This document shows, piece after piece, positions 20,371 through 29,512 of a DNA stretch of 38,046 bases (the first letter of the stretch is position 1; each line of letters begins with the position of its first letter). The DNA is from Sphingomicrobium sp. (GTDB lineage Bacteria > Pseudomonadota > Alphaproteobacteria > Sphingomonadales > Sphingomonadaceae). Location: positions 1 to 38,046 of the forward strand of contig DATAKH010000103.1 of assembly GCA_036261735.1 (NCBI GenBank). The letters are read 5' to 3'. A program made the position numbers and the translations under genes. The notes under the pieces are model-generated. The model saw only the letters and a program-made list of their open reading frames with translations. It did no database searches and had not been told where the DNA came from.

Positions 20371-20952
20371 ATGCAGATCTGGGCCGGCCTCGGCAATCCC
20401 GGCGCTCAATATGCGCTTCAGCGCCACAACGTCGGCTTCATGGCCGCGGACGTGATCGCGGACGCGCATGCGTTCGGACCGTGGACGAAGAAATTCCGAA
20501 GCCTGGTCGCGGACGGCAGGATCGGCGGCCACCGTATCCTGCTGCTCAAGCCCCAGACGTTCATGAATCACAGCGGCGACGCGGTTCAGCAGGCTTTGAG
20601 CTTCTACAAGCTCGACCTGGACTCGCTCACCGTGTTCCATGACGAGCTCGACCTCGCGCCGATGAAGGTGAAGGTGAAGCTCGGCGGAGGGACCGCCGGC
20701 CACAACGGGCTGCGATCGATCGACTCTCATCTCGGCGCGGAATTCCGGCGAGTGCGCATCGGTATCGGGCATCCGGGGCCGGGGCAGAAGGAAAAGGTCA
20801 CTCCGCACGTCCTCGGCAATTATGCGAAGAGCGAGATGGCGGTCCTTCCCGACCTGCTCGCGGCAATTGCCGACGAAGCGGAATGGCTCGCCAGCGGCGA
20901 CGACGCCCGCTTCATGAGCGAGGTTGCGCTCAGGATGCAGCAGGCGGAATAG
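20371..20952 (+). CDS. pth: Peptidyl-tRNA hydrolase
   Basis: GLGNPG, RHNVGF, KPQTFMN, HDELDL, GHNGLRS. Confidence 0.97.
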   Translation: MQIWAGLGNPGAQYALQRHNVGFMAADVIADAHAFGPWTKKFRSLVADGRIGGHRILLLKPQTFMNHSGDAVQQALSFYKLDLDSLTVFHDELDLAPMKVKVKLGGGTAGHNGLRSIDSHLGAEFRRVRIGIGHPGPGQKEKVTPHVLGNYAKSEMAVLPDLLAAIADEAEWLASGDDARFMSEVALRMQQAE

Positions 20953-22708
20953 CGGCTACGGTGGCTTCGGCGGCCACGTTGATGCCTAGCCGCTTGCGGT
21001 GGCGTTCAACCATCTTTCTGAACCGCGGATCGTCACGCAGGGAATCGAAGTCGGGATCGGTCTCGACCATGCGAACGTGCACCGCGCTCGCAGCATCCAA
21101 GGTCCTGTCGAGCAGCTTCAGCGCTCCCTCCTTGTCGTCAAGATGGGCCGCGAGAACGCAGGCGAAATTGTATTTCATATTTGCATTGTCCGGATCGATC
21201 AGCATTGCCCGTTCGATCCACTCACGTGCGCGCTCTCGCTCGCCGAGCACTGCATAACCGCCCGATATGATGCCGAGAGCAGCGCCGTTACTGGGGTCGT
21301 GCTGAAGCGCCTTTTCGGCTTCGGACACCATCATCCTTCCTGCGTGCAGCAGCTTTTCTCGCTCGTTCTGCCTGTAGAACCCCGACAGCACCGCCCAGGC
21401 GTGGAAATCCGATTCCATGATCTGCACGGCCCTCTCGTAATGGGCTTTCGCGCCCTCATGGTCCCCGCGAAGCCGGCGCAGGTGCGCAGCCTCCTTGTTC
21501 ACCTCCCAAGAATCGGGCGCCAGCTTGAGCGCCTTTACTATCTCAGCCTGCGCCTCTTCGTGGCGCCCCTGCTCGTCAAGCCGCCGGACCATCGGCAAAT
21601 AGGCCTCGGCGATGTTGGGGTCGATCGCCAGCGCGGTGTGGGCCGCCGCGAAGCCGTCATCGCTCCCAAGGCCGAAATTGTAGTGCAGGTTGGACTGGGC
21701 GTAGCCGAGCAGCGCCCACGCCTGTGCGTAATAAGGGTCGATCTCGACGGCGCGGCTGCAGATCCGCATTACGCGCTCCTCGCGCCGCGGGTCGCCGTAA
21801 TTGCCCGTTGTCCAATATTGCCTCGCCAGCAGGTAGAGTTTGTAGGCTTCGACATTGGTCGTGCCGCGCTGCTCGATCGCTTTTTTCTCGCTAGGGAGAA
21901 GCTTCACCTTCAGCGCCTCGACGATCGACTTGCTGATCTCGTCCTGGATTTCGAAGATGTCCGTGAGGTCACGATCAAACCTGTCCGCCCAGACGTGGCC
22001 GCCGCCCGCGCCGTCGATCAGCTGGGCCGTTATCCGCACGCGATTGCCTGACTTTCGGACGCTTCCTTCAAGGACGTGAGTAACACCAAGCTTGCGCGCG
22101 ACGTCGCAGACATCGACCGACCGGCCCTTGAAGGTGAAGGCGGTATTGCGTGCAGTCACCTCGAGCGACGACACCTTGGACAGGTCGGTTGTGATGTCCT
22201 CGCTGATTCCGTCACTGAAATACTCTTGCTCGGCATCGCCGCTCATGTTGGCGAATGGGAGTACGCAGATGGACGTCTTCTGCCGCTTCCCCCTTGTCGG
22301 TTGTAGCGGTTCCGCAGCGCTGTCGAGCAAACTGGACACGCTGGCTATCAGCTTCTGCCAACCGTCGTGGTCGCGCTCGCCATCCCAGCCCTTGAGTCCT
22401 GCGCATTGGATCTGGTTGAACGGGATCGGCGGAATCGCTCCATCGACGCTGGCCTGGACGAGCGTGCCGGATTCGCGGGCGGAATCCGCCTCGGCGCGCA
22501 CCCAGTGCGACTTCGCAGCTTCCTCGGACCACAGGACGACCACCGCCTTTGAAGCGTTCAACCGTTCCTGGATGACCTCGGCATAAGCGCGATGAGCGGG
22601 GAGCTCAGCGTCGCGCCAGACGCCATAACCGGCGTCGCGAAGCGCGGCCTCGACCTTCATTGCCTGCTCTTCGGTCGAGCGGGCATAGGACACGAAAACG
22701 TCCGACAT
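20930..22708 (-). CDS. TIR domain + TolB-like (COG5616-type) domain + TPR repeat protein
   Basis: N-terminal DVFVSYAR...VWRD...VVVLWS...WVRAEA (TIR_2); SICVLPFANMSGDAEQEYFSDG and HVLEGSVRK..RVRITAQLID; C-terminal TPR-like helices. Confidence 0.88.
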   Translation of the reverse strand: MSDVFVSYARSTEEQAMKVEAALRDAGYGVWRDAELPAHRAYAEVIQERLNASKAVVVLWSEEAAKSHWVRAEADSARESGTLVQASVDGAIPPIPFNQIQCAGLKGWDGERDHDGWQKLIASVSSLLDSAAEPLQPTRGKRQKTSICVLPFANMSGDAEQEYFSDGISEDITTDLSKVSSLEVTARNTAFTFKGRSVDVCDVARKLGVTHVLEGSVRKSGNRVRITAQLIDGAGGGHVWADRFDRDLTDIFEIQDEISKSIVEALKVKLLPSEKKAIEQRGTTNVEAYKLYLLARQYWTTGNYGDPRREERVMRICSRAVEIDPYYAQAWALLGYAQSNLHYNFGLGSDDGFAAAHTALAIDPNIAEAYLPMVRRLDEQGRHEEAQAEIVKALKLAPDSWEVNKEAAHLRRLRGDHEGAKAHYERAVQIMESDFHAWAVLSGFYRQNEREKLLHAGRMMVSEAEKALQHDPSNGAALGIISGGYAVLGERERAREWIERAMLIDPDNANMKYNFACVLAAHLDDKEGALKLLDRTLDAASAVHVRMVETDPDFDSLRDDPRFRKMVERHRKRLGINVAAEATVAAIPPAAS

Positions 22709-22777
22709 ACGTGCGGCCGCTCCACATTTGCGCTCGGATGTTTACATTCGAGTCGTCGCAAAGAATAGCCAAAGCCC

Positions 22778-23344
22778 TTGAACAGACAACTTTTCCCGAC
22801 CCAGCTTTACGAAGGTGACGTCGAGCCGGAGCTTCTGCCCGAGCTCGCTTATTCTATCCGTTCGCTCGCTTCCGACGATGCAGCCGGCCGGCGCTGGAGC
22901 GACGAGCACCGCTACCCCGGCTACACCAGCTATGCGTCGCTGAATGACCTGCCGAAACGCGATCCCGCCTTTTCCGAGCTCGGGAAGGTCTTAACGAAGG
23001 AGGCGCGGGGGTTCGCTCGCGACCTTGGGTGGGATTGCAAGCCGAAGCTCGACAGCCTGTGGGTCAACCTTCTCAGGACAGAGGGCCATCACAGCGGCCA
23101 TATCCATCCTCACAGCATCCTGTCTGGAACGCTCTATGTCGAAGTGCCGGCTGGCTCCGGGGCGATCCGCTTCGAAGACCCTCGCCTGCCGCTGATGATG
23201 GCGGCGCCGTCGCGCGACGGCACCTTCGTTGAAGTGCAGCCGCGACCCGGACTGCTCCTGCTCTGGGAAAGCTGGTTACGGCACGAGGTCCTTCCCGGCA
23301 CAGGCAAGGCCGAGCGCCTAAGCATTTCCTTCAATTTCGCGTGA
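22778..23344 (+). CDS. Putative 2OG-Fe(II) oxygenase (TIGR02466-like)
   Basis: LFPT start, WVN, HSGHIHP..SGTLY, FEDPR, WESWLRHEV and RLSISFN motifs; TTG start. Confidence 0.85.
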   Translation: MNRQLFPTQLYEGDVEPELLPELAYSIRSLASDDAAGRRWSDEHRYPGYTSYASLNDLPKRDPAFSELGKVLTKEARGFARDLGWDCKPKLDSLWVNLLRTEGHHSGHIHPHSILSGTLYVEVPAGSGAIRFEDPRLPLMMAAPSRDGTFVEVQPRPGLLLLWESWLRHEVLPGTGKAERLSISFNFA

Positions 23345-23386
23345 TGCGCGGCTAAGCGCCTCCGCAACCCCCGAACCGGAGAACCC

Positions 23387-24487
23387 ATGGGCTTTCGCTG
23401 CGGCATCGTCGGCCTGCCGAACGTCGGCAAATCGACCCTTTTCAACGCACTTACCGAGACCGCTGCCGCGCAGGCGGCGAACTATCCCTTTTGCACGATC
23501 GAGCCGAACGTCGGGAGAGTGGCAGTGCCCGATCCGCGCCTCGACAAGATCCGCGAGATCGCCGGCTCCGCGCAGGAGATCGAGACCCAGATCGAGTTCG
23601 TCGACATCGCCGGCCTGGTCCGCGGCGCGAGCAAGGGCGAAGGGCTCGGCAACCAGTTCCTCGCCAACATCCGCGAGGTCGACGCGATCGTCCACGTGCT
23701 TCGCTGCTTCGAAAGCGGCGACGTCACCCATGTCGAAGGACGCGTCGACCCCGTCGCCGACGCCGACGTTGTCGAGACCGAGCTGATGCTCGCCGATCTC
23801 GAATCGCTCGAACGGCGAGTCCCCAATCTCGTCAAGAAGGCACAACAGGGGGACAAGGATGCGAAGATCGAAGCATCGGTGCTCGGCCAGGCGCTCGAGC
23901 TTCTCCGCGCGTCGCGCCCTGCCCGGCTCACCGAACCCAAAGACGCGGAGGAAGGCAAGGCACTAGCTCGGGCACAGCTGCTCACGGCCAAGCCGGTGCT
24001 CTATGTATGCAATGTCGACGAAGCGGACGCGGCGACCGGCAATGCGCTGTCGCAAATGGTCGCGGCGAAGGCAGAGTCCGAAGGCGCGGTATCCGTCGTC
24101 ATCACAGCGGCCATCGAGGCCGAGATCGCAACCCTCCCCGAAGACGAGCGCGAGGCCTTCCTTTCCGACCTGGGGCTTCACGAGACCGGGCTCAACCGGA
24201 TGATCCACGCGGCCTACCAGCTTCTCGGCCTGATTACCTTCTACACCGCAGGTCCGAAGGAAGCGCGGGCGTGGACCGTTCACAAGGGCGCGAAAGCGCC
24301 CGAAGCCGCGGGCGAGATCCACTCCGACTTCGAGCGCGGCTTCATCCGTGCCGAGACGATCGCCTATGACGATTTCATTGAATGCGGCGGCGAAGCCGGA
24401 GCGAAAGATGCCGGCAAGATGCGCTCCGAGGGCAAGGACTATGTCGTCCAGGACGGAGACGTGCTGCTGTTCCGCTTCAACGTCTAG
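23387..24487 (+). CDS. ychF: Redox-regulated ATPase YchF
   Basis: GIVGLPNVGKSTLFN, NYPFCTIEPN, DIAGLV, EGKDYVVQDGD. Confidence 0.98.
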   Translation: MGFRCGIVGLPNVGKSTLFNALTETAAAQAANYPFCTIEPNVGRVAVPDPRLDKIREIAGSAQEIETQIEFVDIAGLVRGASKGEGLGNQFLANIREVDAIVHVLRCFESGDVTHVEGRVDPVADADVVETELMLADLESLERRVPNLVKKAQQGDKDAKIEASVLGQALELLRASRPARLTEPKDAEEGKALARAQLLTAKPVLYVCNVDEADAATGNALSQMVAAKAESEGAVSVVITAAIEAEIATLPEDEREAFLSDLGLHETGLNRMIHAAYQLLGLITFYTAGPKEARAWTVHKGAKAPEAAGEIHSDFERGFIRAETIAYDDFIECGGEAGAKDAGKMRSEGKDYVVQDGDVLLFRFNV

Positions 24488-25103
24488 GTTGCGCCAGTCT
24501 CTCCGCCCAGGGTAGCGCCACCATTACCCACAACAGCCCGAACGCCCAGCCGCCGATGACGTCGGTCGGCCAATGCACGCCAAGCATGATCCGGCTGACG
24601 CCGACACCAAAGGCAACCAGCAGCGCAGCGGCCATCGCCGGCCATTTCCAACGGGTGCCCACGGTCAGCACCAGCGCCAGCGCCAGATAGACGATCGTAG
24701 CACCCGCCGAGTGGCCGCTTGGAAATGATGGTGTGCTCACATGTACCAGGTGTTCCTGGTCTTCCGGGCGAAGCCGCTCGATCCCGTATTTCTGCGCCGT
24801 GACTAGTCCGCGGCCGACGAGAGTTACGAGCAGCACCGCAACGGCTTGCCTCCACCCACGCGCAACGAGTAGCCACGCTCCGGCTACGACGCTAAGCGCG
24901 ATTACCACCCGCCAATCGCCGATCAATGTGAAGCCGCGCGCCACCGCGACCAGAGACGCATTTTCACCCACATAGAGGGCGTGTAGGATCGCGCCGTCGG
25001 CCGGCCCGGTGCCGACCGTCATCATTGCGAACCACAATGATGTCAGCAGTGCGGCGGCGATTGCCACACGAAGTTTAGCGGGCGCGTTGGATGGTTCAGC
25101 CAT
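24477..25103 (-). CDS. PAP2 family membrane phosphatase
   Basis: K...RLRP, SFPSGHS and SRIMLGVHWPTD (C1, C2, C3 motifs); several TM segments. Start uncertain. Confidence 0.9.
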   Translation of the reverse strand: MAEPSNAPAKLRVAIAAALLTSLWFAMMTVGTGPADGAILHALYVGENASLVAVARGFTLIGDWRVVIALSVVAGAWLLVARGWRQAVAVLLVTLVGRGLVTAQKYGIERLRPEDQEHLVHVSTPSFPSGHSAGATIVYLALALVLTVGTRWKWPAMAAALLVAFGVGVSRIMLGVHWPTDVIGGWAFGLLWVMVALPWAERLAQPRR

Positions 25104-25152
25104 TTGCTGACAACGCGGCAATCGCGCATCCGGCTACCGTGGTGGGCGCCGC

Positions 25153-27771
25153 TTAGAAGTGGGCGCCGAGCCGGATTCCGATTGTTCGTGGCCTGCCCGG
25201 GACAATCCGAGTTTGGGTACAGGCACTGCAGGCAACGAACCTCGTCAGTTCGTTGCGCTGATCGAAGAGATTGCTGACGAAAAGCTCGGCACTGTAATTG
25301 GCCCAGTCGAAGCCTGCGAACAGGTCGACAAGCGTCGAGGAGCGGATCCGGCCGAGATAATCGTTCGGGTTGGTTCCGTCTCCGTCGAGGTCCTGGCGAA
25401 GGTCCACCGCGGCCGAGCTGCGGTGGGTGACACTGGCCTGGACGTGCGCCTTGCCGATTGAGATCGGCCAGGAATAGCGAGCGGTCGCCGCGGCCTTGAA
25501 CTTGGGAGTGATCGGCAGCCGCGTTCCCGACGGCGTGACGATGAAAGTGGCCGAACATTGCTCGTCGTCGGTGCTGACTTCGCAGATGTTCCCCTTGGTC
25601 TTGGCGTCCGTGTACGCGGCCGACCCGTTGAGGGTCAGCCCGCCCGCAACGTAGCTGAGCTCGGTTTCCGCACCGTTGATGTGCGCATCGCGTCCATTGT
25701 GGATGACGGTGAGGCTGTTCGCACCGAGGAAGCTGAACTGGAACTTCTTCCAGCGCTGGTGATAGACGGCGCCGTTCCAGCGAAGCGGGCCGAACTCGGT
25801 CTTCCACCCGAGCTCGTAGTTGGTCAGGAAATCCGGGTCGTAGGGCGGCTCGCCCGGCTGGCGGTTGAGCCCGCCGGGACGGAAACCGCGCGACCAGGTG
25901 GCATAGAACATCATTCTTTCATTGGGTTTGTACGAGGCGTTCAGCCGGTGAAGGAAGCCGCTTCCCTTCCGGTGCAGCGGCTCCGCCACTCCGTTCACGA
26001 CGGTGCCGACGTTGGTGCAGGGAATTCCGGCTATGCTCCCCGATGCGAACTCGGCACCCTCGTCGTCGAGCAGCTGCTCGCCGTTGACGGTCAGGCAGCG
26101 GCGCACGCCCGAGCTTCCACCGGCGCCGTTGGGTGGCGGCGGGAAGCCCGCGCCATCGGCCTCGCCGAATGCAGGATTCTTGCCGAAACCCGCGAATCCG
26201 AACAGGCTGTTGTCGAACCTGTAGAGGCGGCCGCCGGCGGTGATCGTCACCTGTGGAGTGACGTCGAAGCTGGCTTCACCGAACAACGCCCAGTCCTTGT
26301 CCTTGCGGTCTTCGAGCGTCAGCCAGATCGTTCCCGGATAGCCGTTGACAGACAACTCCGGCGCGAGGCCGTCGATCTTGTAATTCTGGTAAATGTGGTT
26401 GGTTTGCCGCTGGTAGAATGCGCCGGCAAGCAGCCGGAACGGTCGATCCTGCGGTGTCGCGATCCGCAGTTCGTGGCTCATCTTCTTAAAGTGCTCGGTG
26501 CCGATAATATACTGCAGCGGATTGATGTCGTTGCCGTCGGAATCCTCGTAATAGAAGTAGTTGGCGAGGCCTCCCAGGCTCTCGTAGGCGGCGTCGTAGG
26601 CGTCGGTATAGTCAGTATAGTCGAGGACCGAGGACGTCGGGCGGTCCATGTAGGCGCCGGCATAGGTGACGTCGAAATTGAAAAGCTTTCCTTCGATCGT
26701 CAGCGCGGCCTGGGTGAACTTGTCCCTGATCACCTCGTCGCCGCGGAAACGCTGGATCTCGAGGTCGCCAAGCGTCGGGTCGACCGCGTAGAAGCCGTCC
26801 TGCTTCATATTCTGATGCATGATCGTTGGCGTGATCGTCCAGTTCTCGTCGAGGTCGATCTTAAGCGCGGCCCGCCCGCCGTAGACCCGGCGGCCGTTGA
26901 AGTCGTCTTCGACAAAGGCGTTATTGTCGACGCTGAACCCGTCCCGAACGCACCCGATCGTTTCATCGTCCTCATCGGTGATCGCGGTGCCGCAATAGGT
27001 GCGCGTACCGGGGACATTGTCGATGAAGCCCGCGTCCCGCTGGTAGAATGCGACTCCTCGGAAGCCGATGTTTTCGGCGATCGGAACGTTGAGCATGCCC
27101 TCCAGGCTTCCGCCCTGGCCGCCGTGAGCGACGGTGTTCAGCTCTGCGTCCACCCGCCCGTAAGTTGCCGTAAGGTCGGGCTTGTTGGTGATGATCCGGA
27201 TGGTCCCGGCCTCGCTCGACGCACCGTAAAGCGTGCCCTGAGGCCCGGCGAGGCTTTCGATACGGGCGATGTCGTAGATGTGCACGTCGAGCGCGCCGCC
27301 GATGGTCGTCACCGGCTGCTCGTCGAGATAGACGCCTACCGACGGGAACGACCCGGAATGGTTGCCGTCGCCGCCGGTGGCAACTCCGCGCATGTAGACG
27401 ACAGCGCCGCCCGACTGCGACGTGTTCCAGCTGACCGACGGCAGCTGCTTCGTATAGTCCGCGAAGTCGGAGATATTGAGCTGGTCGAGGCGCCGGGTGC
27501 CGATGGCCTGGATCGAGAGCGGCACGTCCTGGAGGTTCTCCTCGCGCTTCTGCGCTGTCACCAGGACCTCGTTGTGGTCGGCAACCTCCCCGTCCTGCGC
27601 GACCTGAACCTGCGGCGGCTGCGAGGTGACGTCAGTCGCGTTCGTGTTGGGTGCGGGAGAGTCGGTCGTGTCCACCGGCGGCTCGACCTGGTCCTGGGCG
27701 ACCGCCGGAGCGGAAATCGCCGTCGATGCGAGAAGTCCAAGCGCAATCATGCGAAGCTTGCGGTCGATCAT
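25153..27771 (-). CDS. TonB-dependent receptor
   Basis: Signal peptide, TonB box EVLVTAQKRE, plug motif IARIESLAGPQGTLYG, C-terminal Phe. Confidence 0.95.
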   Translation of the reverse strand: MIDRKLRMIALGLLASTAISAPAVAQDQVEPPVDTTDSPAPNTNATDVTSQPPQVQVAQDGEVADHNEVLVTAQKREENLQDVPLSIQAIGTRRLDQLNISDFADYTKQLPSVSWNTSQSGGAVVYMRGVATGGDGNHSGSFPSVGVYLDEQPVTTIGGALDVHIYDIARIESLAGPQGTLYGASSEAGTIRIITNKPDLTATYGRVDAELNTVAHGGQGGSLEGMLNVPIAENIGFRGVAFYQRDAGFIDNVPGTRTYCGTAITDEDDETIGCVRDGFSVDNNAFVEDDFNGRRVYGGRAALKIDLDENWTITPTIMHQNMKQDGFYAVDPTLGDLEIQRFRGDEVIRDKFTQAALTIEGKLFNFDVTYAGAYMDRPTSSVLDYTDYTDAYDAAYESLGGLANYFYYEDSDGNDINPLQYIIGTEHFKKMSHELRIATPQDRPFRLLAGAFYQRQTNHIYQNYKIDGLAPELSVNGYPGTIWLTLEDRKDKDWALFGEASFDVTPQVTITAGGRLYRFDNSLFGFAGFGKNPAFGEADGAGFPPPPNGAGGSSGVRRCLTVNGEQLLDDEGAEFASGSIAGIPCTNVGTVVNGVAEPLHRKGSGFLHRLNASYKPNERMMFYATWSRGFRPGGLNRQPGEPPYDPDFLTNYELGWKTEFGPLRWNGAVYHQRWKKFQFSFLGANSLTVIHNGRDAHINGAETELSYVAGGLTLNGSAAYTDAKTKGNICEVSTDDEQCSATFIVTPSGTRLPITPKFKAAATARYSWPISIGKAHVQASVTHRSSAAVDLRQDLDGDGTNPNDYLGRIRSSTLVDLFAGFDWANYSAELFVSNLFDQRNELTRFVACSACTQTRIVPGRPRTIGIRLGAHF

Positions 27772-27850
27772 CGAATGAGCCCCCCATTCGCCTGTATGTC
27801 GGCATAGCGACAGAGCCGTCGTCGATTGTCAAACGGCAGTTTTAGCGGGG

Positions 27851-29467
27851 TTAGCGGATGTTGGCGTTACGTTGCAGAAATGACGCAGGTGCGACGGGGT
27901 AGCTCTCGGCAATGCTTCCCAGTGCCGTCTTCAGCGGCGCCAGGTGATGCTCGTAGAGTCGCCATTCGTCGGTCGCGTCGCGGTAGATCGGACGCCGCAC
28001 TTGTTCCGAGCTGGCAGTGCGTACCGCCCGCTTGGTCTTGTGAAACTCAAGGCAGTCGGGCTCGAACTCGAGGCCGCAATAGTCGAGGAGCGCCCTCACC
28101 TCCGCCTCGGTGTCGTCGACCATCCGCTCGTAGATAACGCGATGGACTCGGCCCGGCAGGACGGCATCGACGTGCGCCATCAACCGCACGTAATCGGAAT
28201 AGTAGCGGCCCACATCGCCAAGGTCGTAAGTGAAGTCCTGTCCGCGCGCGAAATGCTGGCGGAAATTGGAGAAGCAGCAGGCGATCGGATGCCGCCGGGC
28301 GTCGATGATCCTGGCGTTGGGGAGGACGAGCTGGATAAAGGGCACCAGCAGCCAGTTGTTGGGCAGCTTGTCGACGAAGAACGGCCGTGCGGTGCGTCTC
28401 TGGACTGCGGCGCGCCGGAGATACTAAGCCCCGAGCTCGGCTCGCTCGGCGGCGCTGAGCTCGAGCACCGATTGCGATTTCCGCCCGTCCTGGCGCGCGA
28501 CGGCGGGGAGGTCAGGAAGCTCCGAAGTCCCTTCGACCAGGCTGTGCGAGGCAAGAATCTGTTCGACCAGGGTGGAGCCGGCACGCGGCATTCCGACGAT
28601 GAAGATCGGGTCGGGCGCCTCGCATCCGCCGCCGCGCGCCGCGAAGGCTTCGGCGGTGAACGCCTCGACGATCTGGTCGACCGTTCGGCTGATAGCCTCC
28701 GCTCTGTACGGGCTTCGCTTCAGGCGCAGCGCATTGGCGCGTGCATAATGTTCGAAGGCTTCGTCGACGCGTCCGCGATCGTGCATCGCCTTGCCGAGCG
28801 CAAAATCTAGGTGGAGCCGGTCCTGATCGTCGAGGCCGGATGAGTCGAGCGCTTTTTCCATCGCGTCGATGTCCTGGTCCTCGAAGGTCACCGTCTTCAA
28901 ATTGGCGAGGCTCCACCAGGCTTCGCCGAGCTCCGCCTTGATCGCGATTGCCTTGCGATAGGCGGCGATGCCCTCCGCCTGGCGCCCGACGGTTTTCAGC
29001 ATATGGCCATAGCTCAGCCACACCTTCGGCTGCCTCGGCGCCTTGGCGAGGACGCTTTCGTACATTCGAATTGCTTCGTCGAAATCGCCGAGACGTCCAA
29101 GTGTCGCCGCCTTCAGGTTCCAGTGGGTGACCGTCGCAGGCTCGGTAGCGAAAATATCGTCGAGCAATTGCATCGCTTCGGCAGGCTGTCCCGTCCGCCC
29201 CAGCACAAGTGCAAGATTGGCCTTGGCCGCGACCCAGCCCGGAGCGATCTCGACGGCCCGGCGGAGCAAATTCTCGGCATCGGTCCAGCGGCCTATGCGA
29301 GCGGCCAGCTCTGCCAGCATCCGGATGGCGGCGGCATCGAACGGATTGTCCTTCAGGTGGGGCTTCAACAAGCGCTCGGCGACGTCGAGCCTGTTTTCGT
29401 TGAGCGCTATGGCCGCCTCCAAAAGGCGCGGATGCAAGTGAGCCAGTGCCGGTGCGCTTGTCGCCAC
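27851..29467 (-). pseudogene. TPR-repeat sulfotransferase (Sulfotransfer_3-like) interrupted by one in-frame TAG at 28424-28426
   Basis: ORFs 28424..29812 and 27851..28345 share a frame and read ...ELGA*YLRRAAVQRRTARPFFVDKLPNNW... The 5'-PSB motif IFIVGMPRAGSTL precedes the stop; the 3'-PB region RHPIACCFS and RTASSEQVR follow it. Start inferred at GTG 29467. Confidence 0.88.
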
Positions 29468-29512
29468 GAACGCTGTGTAGCGCGGCCTATTGCGGCCCGC
29501 TATGCGTCGCTG

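Noticed and set aside
24477-25103. PAP2 enzyme as recycler of the sulfotransferase by-product PAP
   Set aside because: Name coincidence: PAP2 means type 2 phosphatidic acid phosphatase; 3'-phosphoadenosine 5'-phosphate is normally handled by CysQ or NrnA.
25558-27807. 749-aa plus-strand ORF
   Set aside because: Antisense shadow of the TonB-dependent receptor with no recognisable motifs; expected from high-GC codon bias.
27801-27832. TTGACA plus GCTATG as the receptor promoter
   Set aside because: The spacer would be 20 nt, too long for a confident sigma70 call.
28424-28426. Pyrrolysine or genome-wide TAG reassignment
   Set aside because: TAG ends several conserved genes at their expected positions, and no pyl genes are in the window.
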